Assembly (NCBI RefSeq): GCF_028641065.1
Contig: NC_073384.1
Location: 43,214,001 to 43,278,000, forward strand
DNA: 64,000 bases
Source of the DNA: Leucoraja erinacea
Taxonomy: Eukaryota
Direction: 5' to 3'
In this document: in pieces, positions 62,101 through 64,000 of the stretch
Layout of the letters: each line of letters starts with the position of its first letter
Numbering within the stretch: the first letter of the stretch is position 1
Notes under the pieces: model-generated
The model's input: only the letters and a program-made list of their open reading frames with translations
What the model was told of the DNA's origin: nothing
Database searches by the model: none
Made by a program: the position numbers and the translations under genes

Positions 62101-63306
62101 TCTTCTCGCATGCACTTCATTTGCCTTGCATCTTTCCTTCATTTACATTTGAATTTGCCTAGCTTAGTTACTTAATTACCAAGAGGTTACATATTCACAT
62201 ACTGTAGAGACATGAAGCTAATTAATCAATGGCTATTCATTTTAATGCTTATTAAAACTAACCCCAGCCTCTAAGTCATTGTGGGGCCCGTTGTTAGAGG
62301 AAGTGTATTCAAAGCAACTATCAAGAGGAAAAATCAGAGATCAATCTTGATCAGGAGTTTGTAAAAAATAACGCTTACCAGCATCTTCTGCAACTTGTTC
62401 CAAAATAGCTTGAATTCCACTAATCCAATTTTTCCAGATCCATCCTTCTGTTTTATCATTTTCATTCAGAAAACCACTTTGTTTTTTGTTTTTTATCTAT
62501 ACCAGCACCCCAACATTTAATGTCAATGTTAATTCTGGGTGAATGCTAATCTATTTAGATCAATCTGGATCAAGACCATATTCATTATGATTGAAAGAAA
62601 TTACATAGAAACAGGTCCTTTGGCCCACCAAGTCCATGTTGACCACCAATCCACCCGTTCACGCTAGTTCTGTTATTCCACTTTCACATCCACTCCCTAT
62701 GCACTAGGGCCATTTTACAGCAGCCAATTAATGTGGAATCTGGAGCACCCAGAAGAAACCCACGCGGTCACAGGCAGATTGTGCAAATTCGGCCCAGACA
62801 CAGCATCCAAGGTTAGGATTGAACCCAACGTCTGGCGCGGTGAAGCAGCAGCACTGACAATCCAATTTTGGTTGATCTGTTTGGTATTTGGAAATGAGAG
62901 AAGCCCGAATATGATGATTCATTAGCAGGTGGCATAATTCCTCTTGCAATCACTTCATTGTATACATGGTTATGTCTGAAATGGGCAGCAAGTAAACAAA
63001 ATGAACTTCCCCAGAAATCAGAACAAGCTATTCCATTCATCAGTGCATGACTACTGATTAGATGTAACACCTGCTAAGCAGAATATTAAAAGTTTTCAGT
63101 TTGAAAACTCCATGTAAAGTTTTGAATGACGAGGTAACCTGTGGCAGCAGATATGTCTCACCTGTAGTCATTAAAATTAAAAGGATTTTATTTTGTGTAA
63201 ATTAGCACCTGCAGTTCTTTGTGTGTACTTTAAAAGGATACATCCATTAGACTGATTACATTTCGACAGGTCTCCAAACTAAAACCATCAGTTTTAATGT
63301 CTTCAC
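50157..63306 (-). CDS. CAPN2: Classical calpain large subunit, 3' part (penta-EF-hand domain), probably calpain-2; 5'-partial
   Basis: Six in-frame exons give [75 protein letters not shown]...[45 protein letters not shown]. It is convergent with TP53BP2, as CAPN2 is in human. A CAPN8-like or CAPN1/2-like paralogue is not excluded. Confidence 0.8.
51618..51676 (-). CDS. CAPN2: Calpain exon ([19 protein letters not shown])
   Basis: 59 nt; tttcag acceptor, gtaggt donor; in frame. Confidence 0.9.
52233..54694 (+). mobile_element. CR1 LINE, 5' segment (ORF1 esterase C-terminus + ORF2 APE/RT), interrupted by DIRS
   Basis: ORF1 [11 protein letters not shown]...DGLHLN; APE ISETWL, GDFNFP, SDHN; RT QHGF, KYADDTK. 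Few lesions. Confidence 0.93.
55721..55841 (+). pseudogene. U1 snRNA-derived fragment (about nt 1-121, lacking the Sm site and stem-loop IV) inside the DIRS gag region
   Basis: ATACTCACCTGGCAGGCGAGACGCCATGATCACCAAGGTGGTTCTCCCAGG...TTGCACT...CCCAAATTTGGGATACTCGACTG is colinear with U1 (ATACTTACCTGGCAGGGGAGATACCATGATCACGAAGGTGGTTTTCCCAGG...). No PSE or 3' box was recognised. Confidence 0.9.
58485..58576 (+). mobile_element. CR1 3' tail fragment inside the DIRS YR gene
   Basis: GGTATATGGGACTAGG...GTTCGGCACGGACTAG...TTATATGG matches 20670-20762 with substitutions. Confidence 0.8.
59483..60281 (+). mobile_element. CR1 LINE, 3' segment continuing 52233-54694
   Basis: Resumes at KCEVLHLGR and runs to [12 protein letters not shown] and a TTATATGG tail. 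Confidence 0.93.
60351..60467 (-). CDS. CAPN2: Calpain exon ([39 protein letters not shown])
   Basis: 117 nt; cccag acceptor, gtaagt donor; IDFDNFV motif. Confidence 0.94.
60750..61390 (+). mobile_element. CR1 3' fragment
   Basis: [20 protein letters not shown]...[14 protein letters not shown]. Confidence 0.8.
61951..62029 (-). CDS. CAPN2: Calpain exon ([26 protein letters not shown])
   Basis: 79 nt; EF-hand DADESGTM; tttag acceptor and gtaaac donor. Confidence 0.93.
62379..62447 (-). CDS. CAPN2: Calpain exon ([23 protein letters not shown])
   Basis: 69 nt; completes the EF-hand loop [13 protein letters not shown]; gtaagc donor. Confidence 0.93.
62448..63241 (-). other. U12-type (minor spliceosome) GT-AG intron
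   Basis: 5' splice site GTATCCTTTT. A branch-like TTTTCTGAAT lies about 15 nt before the AG, and there is no pyrimidine tract. Confidence 0.85.
62600..62855 (-). mobile_element. HE1-like SINE inside the U12 intron
   Basis: The minus strand has GGGTTCAATCC (B-box), the SINE core and a CR1-like tail. Confidence 0.65.
63242..63306 (-). CDS. CAPN2: Calpain exon ([21 protein letters not shown])
   Basis: 65 nt; ctttcag acceptor; donor GTATCCTTT (U12 type). Confidence 0.93.
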
Positions 63307-64000
63307 CTGAAAGAGAAAACATTCCAGAAAGAGGCTTAGAGAATATATATTTAAAGTAACAATATTTATACCAAGCAGATTCAACCCTTTTTTTCCATCC
63401 AAGTAACTTGCAAACACGCATCCTTTCAGTAAAATGCAGGATCATGGGGTAAAATATGTTTTTGTTAAAGCCACAGGCACCGTGTATTCCCAAACACTCA
63501 TTTCCTCCATGCCAATATCACACAGTGGAAGAAACTAAAATCCTTGCGTGTGTTTGTATCTTTGATCACCATTATGAAATTGATTTAATCATCTGGGTCC
63601 TCTTAACGCTTGCTGAATTGCACTAATCCATAAATCTGAAAGGACAAATTTTGGGGAAAAGAGTTTAATATTCCCAGGCTGCGGGGTTTTTTTTCCTGTT
63701 TGGTTGAAAAGGAAAATTTTACTGGCCTTACTGATGAAAGGAAACCCCAATTTGTCTTTCCAATGTTAAAATGGTTCTGACGTATACAAGGACCATACCA
63801 GGAATCCTGGCCTTTTGAGGCCCCACTCCCCAACTTGAATCCTCCATGGCAAAGCTGGTTCTTCTACTTCTAATCCATCTGAGATCAGCAAATGTAACAC
63901 TGACCATGGGTTGAATCAAAACTTATGGGTACAGCAAGATTTGTTTTCTATGTCACCATGAGAAGTTTGGGTGCAAGGGTACCTTTGTCTAAACTACCTG

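Noticed and set aside
63585-63645. Possible additional upstream calpain exon after a tcctttcag acceptor (minus)
   Set aside because: The expected phase-0 frame hits a stop and does not resemble the EISAFEL-type exon, which probably lies beyond the window.

Overview
Vertebrate genomic DNA, most likely a cartilaginous fish (elasmobranch-type tRNA-derived SINEs, dense CR1, Penelope and DIRS repeats). The + strand carries 15 coding exons of TP53BP2/ASPP2, from a coiled-coil region through the ankyrin repeats and SH3 domain to the stop at 41753; the 5' exons lie upstream of the window. The - strand carries the last six coding exons of a classical calpain large subunit (penta-EF-hand domain), probably CAPN2 given its tail-to-tail position next to TP53BP2. 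One calpain intron is U12-type. The most striking feature is a full-length, TSD-flanked Ingi/Vingi-like LINE (3030-6175, -). Its first 74 nt fold into a complete HDV-like self-cleaving ribozyme that closely resembles the mammalian CPEB3 ribozyme. Also notable is a DIRS1-type tyrosine-recombinase retroelement (54695-59482) with perfect termini and internal complementary region (ICR) but decayed genes, carrying a U1 snRNA fragment and a CR1 tail. All calls were made by eye. Repeat family names and comparisons to reference sequences are from memory and need database confirmation, and most repeat boundaries without TSDs or TIRs are approximate.
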